This document shows, piece by piece, positions 40,147 through 53,320 of a stretch of DNA of 64,000 nucleotides. This stretch comes from Botryllus schlosseri (Eukaryota), in the NCBI GenBank assembly GCA_051294905.1, contig CM119371.1, positions 248,001 through 312,000 on the forward strand, given 5' to 3'. A program made the position numbers and the translations under genes. How positions within the stretch are numbered: the first letter of the stretch is position 1; each line of letters opens with the position of its first letter. The notes beneath the pieces are model-generated. The model was given only the letters and a program-made list of their open reading frames with translations, did not search any database and was not told the origin of the DNA.

Positions 40147-41601
40147 CTAAAATGCGAAAAAAAAGTATTTTTCAGACTTAAAAAAAGTCGCCGAAGAGAT
40201 GATTGGGTTCGAAGTCATATAAAATGATAGGTAAATATAAATGCGTTTAAAAATACTTTGGGAATAGAATCAGGAATCATACTTGATACTTTTTCCAGCA
40301 AGTCTCAATCATCGACCAATCGATGCTTTCTTCTTCTTCTGTGCAATCGAGCATGATCTTGCTTATCTGAACACGATATTGATTTCATTAGGTAATATGA
40401 CGTAATTGGCTCGATGTTCTCCAATTTGAATAAATATTCATATATGTAAAGTTCAATACTGATTCATTAAAATTCTTCGGTTTTCCATAATGCATATGCT
40501 ACATCGGTTTTAGTCTCATTCCAGAGTTTGATATCTTTTTCAATATACTTATGAATATTCTATCAATTGAACAAACGTATGATATAGAAGGTGGTGGTCA
40601 AACTAGTCACCGTCAGTACTCAAGTAGAAGTGAAAGTAGCGATATACAAGTAGGTAAAATATAATTATTGTAGGCCTAGCTTCACGTAAAAATGATAACT
40701 GCCTAATAGAAGTAGTCTGAAATCTTATCTACTTGAGTACGTAGGACCAGTAGATAAATCTACCTGAAGTACTATGACAAGTAGCAGTACTTCGTTACTG
40801 ACCACGTCTAGATAAATGCTGTAAGGAACGCTGGATAGCGTATGTAGCGATGTCGCTTATGCTTACGCAAAGGTTGATTTTTATCCAAATAGTAAAACAT
40901 ATTGGAAACTGGGTAAAAACTGACACGGACAGAAGCATACCCTATTTTAAATTTTATCTACCTGCTTTAGAAACCTAGATTTGGAGCAGGCATTGTTGCT
41001 TTTCAACTCAGACTACGCCAATGCTTGAGCGCATATAACGAGATGATCAGTAACAATCTGCTTCTACTTCTTAAAAGTATGTGGTTGATATAACGATTCT
41101 ACTTATCAGATTGATGCAAAATTATATCTGAAAGGGGCACTGCACACTTAAAATGATGTGGTCTCAAATTGAAGGGAAAAACGAAAATAAAAATTTGGCC
41201 GCAGCCATTTTCTTCAGAACGCCGCCGTAATAGAGCTGCAATTTATTAAAATTTCCACAGGACCTTCACGCACCAGCAGTCATGCAGAGATCAAACTTTA
41301 CTTAGTTGTCAGCCAATGATATGAAGATGCCCAGTCAGGGATTTATTTCAAAATCGGGCCTAGTGTAGTCCATTTCTTTAGGTCAGAGGTAAATCATGTC
41401 TAACAATTTTTTATACATAAACAATCTTTTATGCATAAGAATAGGACATGATTTTAGACTACTTTCACGCAAAATTACTTACTTTTCACAGATTGAATTT
41501 TGAGAAATAGAAGGTAGTTTTGTGTTACGTTTGTATCACTAGTGATTTGTGGTACAGAACTTCAGAATAACGCGAAACAATAACTTCATATTGTTAATTT
41601 A

Positions 41602-41641
41602 TTCGCTAAAAGCTTTTCGACTAACTCTCATCAGTAGCGAA
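41602..41641 (-). ncRNA. Minimal type I hammerhead ribozyme motif (inverted pLTR copy)
   Basis: Exact reverse complement of 43570-43609. Confidence 0.75.
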
Positions 41642-42115
41642 CGTTAGTGATGGGGTGAATCAAATTCGAAATGTAAGAACTATTTTGTCTGTATGACGTA
41701 ATAATAACAAAAACAAACAACTAGTAGACGGGCTAGATACGGTAGTAACGGTACAAAACAAACGTTAACGAGTACATATTCGGTTACAAATAACCGAAAA
41801 CACAACACATAACATTAATGAAATATTCCAAGAGTGTAGAGGCGTTCCTTCTGGCGACAGAGAATCGGCTTTCGTAGCTTTATGATCGTAGATTCCAGGA
41901 CCTTTAAATGAAAAAGAGAACGGCCACGAGCGAGTATAGAAAATTTACTGTCATTGTAATGATCAGCACATTCTGGATGGGATAAGAGATGCTGTCCAAT
42001 AGCCGAATTACAAGCAGTAACTTGATCATAATCACGCAGTGTGTCAACAGACTGCGATGAAGGAGTTATCCCATCCAGAATGTGCTGATCATTACAATGA
42101 CAGTCCGAAATCTCT

Positions 42116-43396
42116 ATGTGTTTGTTTGATATATCTAGTTTATTCACGAACGTGCCAGTTCAAGAGACTATAGAGATTTGTGCCAATGAACTCTATGGTG
42201 GTGTCCTTCCATCTCCTCCATTCTCAAGGTCTTCTTTTGTTAAATTAATGCGATTGATCACTTGTGATGTCGAATTTAGTTTCAATAACACCATATATAC
42301 ACAGATCGATGGTGTTGCAATGGGATCGCCGCATGGTCCCATTCTGGCTAAGATTTTTGTGGGGTATCACGAAAAACGGTTATTCGAAGATATTGATCGA
42401 CCATTAATGTATCAAAGATATGCTGATGACACCTTCGCCATATTTGAAAATGAATCCCAGTGTGATTTGTTTCTGAGCAAATTGAATGGTCTTCACCCAT
42501 CACTGAAATTCACCATGGAAAAAGAGGTTAATAATTCATTAGCATTCCTTGATGTTGTAGTGGAAAAGACGGGTGCTAATTTTGTTACATCAGTTTACCG
42601 TAAGCCTACATTCAGTGGGCAATACATTTCGTGGGATTCTTTCTGTCCAGTAAAACGTAAAGTAAATTTGATAAGAACTCTGGTACACAGGGCTCTGATG
42701 ATTTGTAGTAAAGTCAAACTTGATTCTGAATTGGAGAACATTCGGTCAATCTTTCAGTCAAATGGTTATCCCGATCATATCATTAAAATGACCATAGATC
42801 GTAAACTCAAAGATTTCAGAAAAGTTAAACCGTTTGGACCTAGAAAATGTCCTGTTTATTTGCATCTTCCTTGGATTGGGAAAGTGTCCAACAGGTTTGA
42901 AAAACAAATTAAATCGTCAGTGAGCCATTGTTTTTCACAAGTAGAACCACAGATAATCTTCATGACGAAATCTCTGATGCCTGCAACGCAAAAGGATGTC
43001 CTACCTGCGACAAATCAAAGCAACATAATATATGAATACACGTGCCGATGTGACAGTCGGTATGTAGGTCGCACGTCTCAGCGCTTGCAGCAAAGAATTC
43101 GCCAGCATGTCCCACGGCAAATTAGAATAAATAATGTTTCTCCAACTCCTTCATCGCAGTCTGTTGACACACTGCGTGATTATGATCAAGTTACTGCTTG
43201 TAATTCGGCTATTGGACAGCATCTCTTATCCCATCCAGAATGTGCTGATCATTACAATGACAGTCAATTTTCTATACTCGCTCGTGGCCGTTCTCTTTTT
43301 CATTCAAAGGTCCTGGAATCTACGATCATAAAGCTACGAAAGCCGATTCTCTGTCGCCAGAAGGAACGCCTCTACACTCTTGGAATATTTCATTAA
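42116..43396 (+). CDS. Penelope-like reverse transcriptase + GIY-YIG endonuclease (N-terminally truncated)
   Basis: RT motifs FDISSLFTNVP, YTQIDGVAMGSP, RYADDTF, LAFLDV, VYRKPT. GIY-YIG NIIYEYTCRCDSRYVGRTSQRLQQRIRQH with CCHH residues. Confidence 0.93.
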   Translation: MCLFDISSLFTNVPVQETIEICANELYGGVLPSPPFSRSSFVKLMRLITCDVEFSFNNTIYTQIDGVAMGSPHGPILAKIFVGYHEKRLFEDIDRPLMYQRYADDTFAIFENESQCDLFLSKLNGLHPSLKFTMEKEVNNSLAFLDVVVEKTGANFVTSVYRKPTFSGQYISWDSFCPVKRKVNLIRTLVHRALMICSKVKLDSELENIRSIFQSNGYPDHIIKMTIDRKLKDFRKVKPFGPRKCPVYLHLPWIGKVSNRFEKQIKSSVSHCFSQVEPQIIFMTKSLMPATQKDVLPATNQSNIIYEYTCRCDSRYVGRTSQRLQQRIRQHVPRQIRINNVSPTPSSQSVDTLRDYDQVTACNSAIGQHLLSHPECADHYNDSQFSILARGRSLFHSKVLESTIIKLRKPILCRQKERLYTLGIFH

Positions 43397-43569
43397 TGTT
43401 ATGTGTTGTGTTTTCGGTTATTTGTAACCGAATATGTACTCGTTAACGTTTGTTTTGTACCGTTACTACCGTATCTAGCCCGTCTACTAGTTGTTTGTTT
43501 TTGTTATTATTACGTCATACAGACAAAATAGTTCTTACATTTCGAGTTTGATTCACCCCATCACTAACG

Positions 43570-43609
43570 TTCGCTACTGATGAGAGTTAGTCGAAAAGCT
43601 TTTAGCGAA
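43570..43609 (+). ncRNA. Minimal type I hammerhead ribozyme motif in Penelope pLTR
   Basis: ttcgcta-CTGATGA-gagttagtc-GAAA-agct-T-T-tagcgaa: 7-bp stem I, conserved core, short stem II and palindromic AGCT stem III. This is the form known from Penelope-like elements. Confidence 0.8.
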
Positions 43610-44262
43610 TAAATTAACAATATGAAGTTATTGTTTCGCGTTTGTATCACTGTGATACGTGAAATCGTCTCAAGAAATCGCAATATACATCATGGTAACT
43701 GTTGAATCTAATGTCCAAGATTATACAAATTAGCAATAATATTCATATTTAGTTAGTCGCTGAGACTCATCTTGCAATTTACAAAGTAACCGCTAGCGAT
43801 AAATCACCAAACACTTACTAACGATCGACCAAAACTACCTTTCGAAACTCAAGTACTTACTAAGGTACTTTTCAAACTGGTCACTTTCTACCTCCACTTG
43901 AAGTAGTTTTAACACATCTTGGACACATCTATTTCTACATATAATTGCATATAAAATGAAAACGTTACTTTACTTCACGATTATCAGTGCTGATTACTTT
44001 CACCACATCTACATACAATCGAGACTCGACTCGCAATACTAGAGATGCAAGTAGAGTAGAAATTGAGAATGGAAGTTTTTGTCGAACAGTGAAGAGCGGA
44101 TTTGAAATTTCGAAATACAATTCCTCTTCAAATCCAGAATTAATTTTGTCTTAACTCTAAGTCCAAATCCAATTAAGGCTGAAATTTGTCCAAAAGTATC
44201 ATGGAAATTGAACAATATCAGTAAATATTTTACAATAATATTATTGAAAATGTATCTAATAC

Positions 44263-44415
44263 CTTGTTTAATTTAAACTCGGATAACTTCTGCAAATCAT
44301 CCTGCTTGGCCAGTGGTATCTGTTCTTTAAATTTGATGAATTCAGCATCAAAAAGTATTCCAAGAAATACAACGTCTGCTACGGCAGAAATCCGGTTGAA
44401 CGATAGATTGGAATC
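44263..44415 (-). CDS. NLR gene, LRR-region exon
   Basis: tttgtag|DSNLSFNRISAVADVVFLGILFDAEFIKF...LSEFKLNK|gtatta, 153 nt, phase 0-0. Confidence 0.65.
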
Positions 44416-44919
44416 CTACAAAATAAAAATGTCAGTTACGTCACAATCTGCACCAATAAGAAACACTCAGAGGCACGATCATACATGAGCAGATTTTTGT
44501 TACTACTGAAGGCTAGTGCGGGTGAAGTGACGGCTATGATGCTTGTCCGTTGGAAAATGCGATGTGAAAGAAACACAATCCTTATATTTTCGAAAGATGT
44601 AACCCAACATTTCGAATGGAGTTCATAATCAAAGTACAGTGCCGACAACTTTTTTTTATAAATTCATCATGTAAAAACTCTTACTTATAAAATCAGCACA
44701 AGTTTTTAGCTTACTATTCTCAACAAAACCATCTCGTCTTCATGACACTTATGATTAGGTCATAATCTACATCCTGACTGTACTACACCGCGAGGTCATC
44801 GCTGTATGTGCCTAGTGTAGCTGACAGCTCCGTACAGTAAAGTCAGTGAAATGAGCGAAACTTCATTCCAATCATTAGTATGGACTCGTTATCGAAGTTG
44901 AATCATCTTGATATCAAAC

Positions 44920-45030
44920 CTTGATAGTGAAATGACCCTCAGCCACGCTGAAACTACTTATCTTGATGACATCTTCTTCGTTCTTCAATTCAAAAGGCCG
45001 TCCATCTTCTCTTACAGTCAGCTTGACAAC
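44920..45030 (-). CDS. NLR gene, LRR-region exon
   Basis: attcag|VVKLTVREDGRPFELKNEEDVIKISSFSVAEGHFTIK|gtttga, 111 nt, phase 0-0. Donor position uncertain. Confidence 0.5.
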
Positions 45031-46560
45031 CTGAATATTATCCAGATGTGAAACTCGAGATTGTGCATTGTATCGATCATCCACCATCTATGGTGACGTC
45101 ATATCGTACATACAGTGACGACCGCGGCATCACAGATCATCATGCGCTATACTTCTTTGACACAGGTCACTGATTTTACTGACGTTTTTGCCGCTGGTGG
45201 CGTTTTGCTACTTTAGTGACTCGATATCTCCAAAAATACTCGTTTATATGAGGTAAGAAGTATCATGGCGGAATCCGTAGAAAAAGTATAAGTATTGAAA
45301 CGAAGATATTTTGGGCAATATTGTTGACCATTAATAAAATCGTGAGTACCCGGAACCGTATTGCTGCATTGACACGAATTCATGAGCTAATTTCGTCTTT
45401 TCAATCGTAGCGCAAAAATGAACCGTTTCCTATTGTGAGCACGTAAATTGGAATTACTCTATGGACATCATAGTGAGTCCTATATTACAATGGAAATAAA
45501 ACACTGCAGTCAAAAACGCTGTTATAATTAGGGCTGAGCACAATGATTCGAGTGCTCAAATCTGAGCCGAATATTCATTTTAATGATTCGGGCCGAGTAG
45601 TAATAGTCGATTTTCTCAAGTACTGAAATTGTCCGTTCGTCGACACTGAAGGGTACTTTATGGACAGAAATTGTAGTTTTGACAGTATTTGCACTCTTCA
45701 AGCCTTGAAATCACGATTGGCCCCATATCAGCATATGAAACATATCGTACAAAGCTACGAACGTTACTGGAATAACATATTTTCAAAGTCATGATCATCG
45801 ACCCAAATTGAAACAAACAGCAATAAAATTGGTATGTTCGAAAAAATACCGAAGTATCTTTATTGTGATGCATAACAACAGGCATTATATTATTTAAGGT
45901 AACATAAAAGGTACATATTTAACATTTTACAGATTATATTCTGTTATGGCGTCATAACGAGTGATACTCGCATAGTCGTCTAGACTCAAAGCTTTATATG
46001 TGATTTAGATTCGAATCACTCAGATACTCGATTTTTCCCAGCCATAGTTATAATCAGTGCACAATTTCGCTATGCAATGTCAAATTCATTGTGTTGGCCT
46101 GAAAGCCAGATGCGCAATTTGTTGGTTAGAAGTAGTAATGTTCTGTTGCGCACTACTTCATGTCGACATGCACACTTTTGAATTTGACGATGCTGACAAT
46201 GTTACTTTTTATTTACGCAGTGCGTTTTGTAGGGGCACGCGCCGTTTGCTCGCGTAACTATGACATAATTTTTCAAAATATTGATGAACAATTCGATCAT
46301 CGCCAGACTGGCTGGTATCGATCACACCAATATCAAATTTCATTACATTGCATTCATTTCATTCATTGTCAATGTAGTAGAAAGCGATTTCTATTGATGA
46401 GGTCGTGACATTAACTCAGCGCTCTTATTGCTGCCACTACTTTACATAATGCGCCATTTCACCAAATTCGATTACATAGCTCGATATTAATGACACAGTG
46501 CGGATATTAAAACATCATATCAGTGGGTAAATACTCTACGGCTTCCGGATGAAAGCAGAG

Positions 46561-47415
46561 TAGTACTGTTAAAAAAATTCTTCAGAATTCACTGGCTATA
46601 TGATAAAATTGTTAGGTTGGTTGAAAAAACGCTGTAAACCAAATTTAGCTTCAAGTCCAACCAGTAGAAGCAAGATTCTTGCTGTAAAAAGTTTTGAAAT
46701 TATAATTAAAAAAAATTCAAAGTTTTTCTTTCAACCGCATAAAATTGTTAGTTAATCAGTAGTGATGATGCATACCAAATTTGGCTCAATTCCAACCGCT
46801 ATGAGCAAACCCTATTGCTACTGTAAAATTGCCAATTCCGTGATTTTATAGGAAATAATTATAGCTTTCAATACAACATCCATTGTAGTACAATATTTAA
46901 ACTCAAATACTTTCCGGCACACTAAAGGGGTTTAAATGGATTTACAAGCAAAACCAAATCTGTTTAACTTGCTTCAGTGTGCCGTTAACTCTTGAAAGGC
47001 AACAAAAAGTCTTCAAGTTCAATAAATATTCTGCAACAATGGATTTTGTATTGAAAGCTATATTCAAGTTCTGTACCACGAATCAGTTATTTGAATAAAT
47101 AATTAAAAAGCTAGCTACCGTAAAATTATTTTATTCGAGTCCAAATTTTTTCTACCACAATAACTTCGCTTCTAGTGGTTGGAATTGAGCCACATTTGGT
47201 GTGCATCGTCTCTACTGACAGCCCAACAATTTTACGTTGTTAAGAGAAAAATTTTAAAATTTAAATTTTTAATGATAAATCCAAAATTTTCTACTGCAAG
47301 AAAATCGCTTCTACTGGTTTCAATTGACCCAAAGTTGGCGTGCTGCGTTGTTTTCACCAGCCCAACAATTTTATAACATAACCGAAGATAACTGAAGGTT
47401 TTTTGAACAGCCCTA
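46561..47415. mobile_element. Palindromic hAT-type MITE (family of 10612-11231)
   Basis: Ends tagtactgttaaaaaaa / ttttttgaacagcccta, flanks aagcagag/ttgcagag, and inverted internal arms. Confidence 0.6.
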
Positions 47416-47558
47416 TTGCAGAGAATGTATGTATATTGCTCTCTATCACAACTATGGCGTCGCCGATCACGTGCGATTGTTCTTTACAAGTCTCCGCATA
47501 CCCACATAAAATTATAGTGGCTTGTTAGTACACAACTAAATCATAGAATCGATCTCAC

Positions 47559-47663
47559 TTTCCAAGCCAATTTTCCAGAGAGCGATTCAATCCTACGATG
47601 TCCGAGAAGTGAACGCAGTGCTGTTGCTGAAAAATTATTGCCACTCAAATCCACTCCGTTCAC
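47559..47663 (-). CDS. NLR gene, LRR exon
   Basis: ttccag|VNGVDLSGNNFSATALRSLLGHRRIESLSGKLAWK|gtgag, with a canonical xDLSGNxF LRR, 105 nt, phase 0-0. Confidence 0.75.
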
Positions 47664-48639
47664 CTGGAATGATGAATGAAATATGAATACAATGTCTGCC
47701 AATATCATGCCAAACCAACAGAACTTTGCACAGACTTCTTCAGGGCATATTTTGGAAGCTGAGTATGTTCAACATCATTGCGATCCCCATAATAAAAGCA
47801 AACTACCCTAGGTTTAGAGCCACGGTCTTTTACTAATCCATTCAAACGGCTTCAATCAATTCTAGGAATACACCGTACTCTATAATTGAGATTACGATTT
47901 GATTTCAGTGAATCATAGCTAATTTTAGTCACTTTCGATTTTATTTTGCGAGCGAGGCAGCCGCAGTATGATTAATTGTAATTTGTAATTGATCTGCATG
48001 TGCTTACTTAATTTTTTTCATGTTATTTTAATTGTCATTGAAGCATTTCTATTCTGTGCATTGTAATTGTAATTTGATAAATATTATACTAATTACAATT
48101 TCAATAGCATTGTTATTGAAACCTGACAATCACAACATAGAATAATTAGCCCATTAACACGGATGTTCTATGCGTACCTCGTTAACTAATTCAGCCATAC
48201 TAAACTGTTTTCCATCGGCCAACTTCGGCTCCAACAGAAAACTTGGTGAATTACAATATAGGCTATTGAACAAAATCTCACTATTTCATAAATGGACGAA
48301 AACCAAATAAACTCTTCTGTAACCTGTGCTGAACCATTTCCCACACCACGGTCAGTGTTTTTTATAAATCTCTTTTCAGTACTGAGGCTTGCTGCAGCTA
48401 TTGCAAAAAGAAATTCAACTTTGCAACCAAGACTTGATCACGCTAGATAACAAAATTGTAGAGATGTTATCCCACTCTTACCTCCTATCTTAGCTTAATT
48501 TACTGGGATCAGAACCTTTCCGCATCCTAATGCTCATCAAATGCAGTCGAACAGTTTTGAGCAAGTGAAAATGTAAATGTGAACCAAAATTTTGTAATTA
48601 GCAGTTATCAGGAGCTTTTTTACTTTTGCATTTATTTTT

Positions 48640-49125
48640 GCTGATGACTCGACTTGAATCGAGTCAAACTGTGTATTGACTCAATTTGGACTTGAGTCAT
48701 TACACATGACTCGAACCAAGTCATATGACTCGAGACTCAGACGGGCAAGATCGACATTTCATTGAAATCTCAAAGAATAGTAAAGTGACCACACTATTGG
48801 GATTTCGTCTATGGGCACTGGTACTTAAAAATGCCACCAGAAACTGCTACAAGTGAGGAAAATTGTTATATAATAATTCAATATAATAACATGCAAACCA
48901 TTCGGTAACAACAAACTGGATTATAATAAATGAGGTACCAAGACTTTAACTGGAAGCTGAGCCGTCAACACAATGACTTGGACTCGAGTCATAATATCAT
49001 GACTCGAACTCCACCCTCTGATCGCTGACTTGGACTCGGTCGGGAGTTGAAAATGACTCGACTTGACTCGAGTCAAAACTATCTACTTGTTACCCGGAGC
49101 CTTTGTGACTAGGTAACAACCCAGA
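48640..49125 (-). mobile_element. GACTCGAG-rich hAT MITE family copy
   Basis: Reverse-complement similarity to 7000-7543. Confidence 0.65.
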
Positions 49126-49596
49126 TTGTAGTTGTAATTTGATAATTTTAGAATAGAGTAATTGTAATTATAATGTAATTAAAACATTCAATAAAGTAAT
49201 TGTAATTAAATTGACTTATTGTAGTCGATCCAACTCTGGAGGTGGCCCTATATTCAAATTAATACACATTGTACTAAAGTGCGCGTAGCACTTGAAAAAA
49301 ATTAAGTAGCATAAATCTGCTATTATTGTTTATGTTTATTTGGAAAATATGTTAAGTGTACTTCAAGCCTTCAAAATTACGGACTTTGAGGCAGATTATA
49401 ATTTCCTTCTAGACACAACTTGAATGGTGAAATCTGGAACAGGTTACAGAAAATTTAGACGTATGGCAATCCTAATAACTTCAGAATTTCGGACAATCAT
49501 CCGTGCGCACATTCTTCAACAAGAGCATTTTTATTGTGATGCAACGATGCGTTCGGAAAATACCCACACCGCCCTGCGATGATCTAAATCAGTGAT

Positions 49597-50522
49597 CATT
49601 GGCGTAGCCAGAGAAGAGCGAAAAGGGCGATCGCTCCCCCCCAAATTTCAGGAAAATTTTCGTAAAATCAATAAATCTTACAGAATTTTTGGGAAGATGA
49701 ATGCGACCTAAAGTTTTTCTTCGCGCTTTGCGCGATTTAGCGTCCGTACATGACGTTATTCCATTATCGGTGTCCCGATAAAAATACCCATAATTGAATT
49801 TAGCTGCATTCTCAATTTTTTAGCGCCAGTAGATACACTAGAGTAATCCACGTAGTTGGGTTGATTGACGGGGTTGTCAGTTCAGTATGGGGGTTGGGGA
49901 GTGTTAACTCAGGCAATTTCCATCCCGGGACCGCTGCGCGACTAGGCCCGAAATTCACACTAACTGTTCATCAGTCAATGTCAGCGACTTGTGCTCGTCC
50001 GTGCGTCGATCGCCTAATACAATTATAGTTAGCAACTATGGAAGCTTCCATAGGGTATGTGTGTGTGTGCGTCTAAGAATCGTACGTATAACGGGTAGTG
50101 ATGAAATCGCCCATGGCAGGATGTACGGTTGTGCGAGGAGTTCCCTCGAGGGAGCTCTCCCAAACTCATGAACAATTTGACCCTCCCCCCCATAAAAAGC
50201 TGCTTTTCTGGCTACGATCTTGCGTGTGAGTGATCTTTCGAGTGGCGAGAGCTTTCTCTGCAAGTCATGAAGTAACAGCAATAATGACAACTGTGCCGTA
50301 GGGCACTCACCCTCTAGAAACTCTAAATAGTCTTCACTTTCACTCACATCACTTTATGTCTGTGAGTGGAATATATATGTATAACGATCGTCCCAGATGT
50401 TGTGTTAATCATCCAATAGGGGCCCAATACCATCGTTTTTAACGTTATCTTTAAGGGGGGGGGTCAATTTACGTCATCGAATTTTTCGCCCCCACCATAT
50501 ATTTTTTCTTGCTACGCCCTTG
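49597..50522. mobile_element. Non-autonomous hAT-type element
   Basis: TIR cattggcgtagc / gctacgcccttg with TSD tcagtgat/tcagtgct (7/8). Confidence 0.7.
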
Positions 50523-51496
50523 TCAGTGCTGTCGAAGAAAACGAATGTTTAGTTATATTGATAGGCCAAATTATACCCACTATGGTGGCAAAATGTGCAC
50601 ACTGAGTTCACAGGTTTGTGTAAAATGTATCAAAAAATATTTATTTATAGAGGCGAAAACACAATGCAAAATCGTGCAAAAGGTGACAAAAATATGGTTC
50701 TGATTTCTGTTTTTGCAGCGCTATGTCAGTTGTGGGTCATACGGTCCGTGCTTCCCATAGACACCTGAAATGGGATTCAATATGGATGAACTAAATTCAA
50801 ACGTCACCGTTTATAGTTAAATCCATCTTATTCCTCACAACGTACAGTCAGGGCTAACGCCAAATCAGGACTAAAACAATAAGAGAGCGTAGAAGCATAG
50901 CAACTTATCGTTAGGGCCGCTGCTTTAGCGGTTTATTCATCTATTCAACTCGCAAATCGTACTTCTGCCAAATTGATTGTTTAGGAATTAAATTGTTACT
51001 AGGTTAGAACCGATATGATCCGTCAAACAATATAATATGCTATCCTGTACACCGGCTTCATAATGAAGTAGTACAGTGGCAAAAAAGGGCATTGGATTTG
51101 AGGTTACATTTTGGAATAATTTCAATGGTCCAGCCCGCGAACTATCTGATGGTTTGAATCCAGCCAGAGACGCAAAGTTAAGTTTGACACCCCTAATCCA
51201 AATCCTATCCTCGTATCAAGATGATTTCATTCAGGCGCCAGTATTAAATGGGAAATATGTCAGTAGATGGAGAAATTAGGATTTGATGCATGATACGATT
51301 TTAGTTGACGGAGAGGCTACTGCTTATTTACCAAGTCACTATCAGTATACTGCCGGAAGTCACGCTACTCATAGTGGATGACCTCGCACGTTGATTATAC
51401 GGTACGTGGACATGGCACTCACTCGTGCCAGTCATACCTCTCGTAATTTACCTACCGAACAACGTATCAACTCAAGTGTTTTTTGCCTAAACCTAC

Positions 51497-51810
51497 TTGT
51501 GTTCTTTCTTTCAGACAGCCCGTAATGATCGCCAAAATCTCATCGTCGATACTGCAGTCGGCCAAACTCCAGCATTCCAGACTTACACTCCTTTCTGCAA
51601 GCGATCCGACAATATGAGCCTTGTCGCGACTTAATGAGATGCCAGATACATCGATATAGGAAATTTGTTTCATAAGAGCGTCGTCTCCTGATTCATAGAT
51701 TGCTGTATACAGTTCCATGCGAATGTAGTTGTCTTTAATCTTAAACTTCTCCTCGAGTTGCGAATGAATCGATCCAGCGAGAAATCGTTTTTTCAGTGAC
51801 CGAGTCGAGA
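51497..51810 (-). CDS. NLR gene, HD2/first LRR exon
   Basis: taacag|(V)STRSLKKRF...MELYTAIYES...SLECWSLADCSIDDEILAII...ERTQ|gtaggt. The phase 1 start matches the phase 1 end of the NACHT exon. Confidence 0.78.
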
Positions 51811-53320
51811 CTGTTAGGCAAAAAATGCACCTCACTGTATGATATTACAATTGAGTAAAGAGAAACCACAATTTGCACAGATCAACAGCCAAGTGAGCGG
51901 ATAAAATGTGCCTTAGCCCGCAAATGTTTTAATCAGACGCCTATTTTCAAAACAACTCCATGAATCCAAGACATAATGTCATTGTAGTGAAATATAAAAC
52001 CTAAAGTCGCATCGTTAAAATTTCCAATTATCCGTTGCAGCTTTTACGGCTGATAACGCAACCTAATGTACGTAGACCGACTGAATATGAAACAGTTCTG
52101 ATTGGATTGATCTCTTACTGAACTGTAGCGTTAGTGCGACAAAGCATCAATTTAATAAGCTCGTTGGATCCGTGTGCACCATACTGTAATGCGTTCAAGA
52201 TTGATTTTTCTACATTTAAATTCATTTAAATTCTTTTGCAACTTCGCAAAATATAGGCCTATAATTATGAAACGCATTCCAAATATGGAGTACGGCGAAT
52301 TGAAGTCAGTCGGAAAGTTACATTACATCACAATATATCACTTATGCATGTTGATAGCATATATTTTCCATCCCATGCACTTGATTACAAATTTCTACCC
52401 GTTGAGCAAGATAATGCAGTCTGTCAATGGAGACTTGTTTATTTGTCGCACTCATTAGAATAAGTAGTCCTATTGCATTCAAAGATGTAGGAACAATCAA
52501 ACCTTCAAGCATACTAGCAGACATCTTAATTCTGTAACTACCTTGGTTCAATTCCTTTATCACAAGCCATGGAAGTAGTGATTACCTCATTTTTCAAGAT
52601 GGACGTGTTTAGAGCACCGACGCCGTCGCAGTAAGGGCATATAAAATATGGGCATCATTCTGAATTTGCACATATATACCAAGTAAAAGACGACTAGCGA
52701 TGTGCACAATGATTCGAGTATTCTAATCCGAATTGAGAAGGCCTAATGAAATAGCACAAGATTTTTTAAAGTTCCGAAATTATACGCCTACACTGATAGT
52801 TATATTATCCTCGATATTTATAGTTTCAATGCTTTTTATCGGAACGCGGAGCCCTTGAGACCTCAAGTGCTTATATCACAACATCCAAAACGAAGTAGTA
52901 GTACGAAGCTATGCACGCTATCAGGTATGATATTTATGTGTGGTCGTGATAAAACTACAGCATCGCCACTAAGTCTAGTGTGGTTGGTATGATCAAAAAT
53001 ACCAAATTATGTTAATGTGGTATAGAAGTAGTACTATTTTCCTTGTGGCTTTGCGTATCATACAGCTTGTGGTGATGCAATGGGTGTTACTTGAATACTC
53101 GACTAGACTTGACTAACCTACGAATAGAAACACAACGCTGGCTGTAATCCACAATGTGATTTTCTGCCAGCAGCGTAAAAACAGCATAATCAGTACTCAG
53201 ACTATAGTTGGTGACCCAAGCGTTAGCAATAATTACAACAGATCCTAATCGATAACAGATTTCAAAAATATAAATCTGAGTCCTACCAGGGCAATGAAAC
53301 CACTGAAAGTCGTGAAATTG

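Larger units (their letters stand above)
41541..43642 (+). mobile_element. Penelope-like retroelement (5'-truncated) with inverted upstream pLTR
   Basis: 41569-42067 is the reverse complement of 43144-43642 (499 bp). Contains the RT+GIY-YIG ORF. Flanked by a 13-bp direct repeat cgtttgtatcact (41528-41540, 43639-43651). Confidence 0.92.

Noticed and set aside
41815..42147. Independent 110-aa gene
   Set aside because: It is the inverted duplicate of the Penelope GIY-YIG C-terminus read through the rearranged junction.
44956..44961. Mutated splice donor (AAG|ATAAGT) as a second NLR-inactivating lesion
   Set aside because: The frame stays open to an in-phase AAG|GTTTGA donor at 44919, so no lesion is required.
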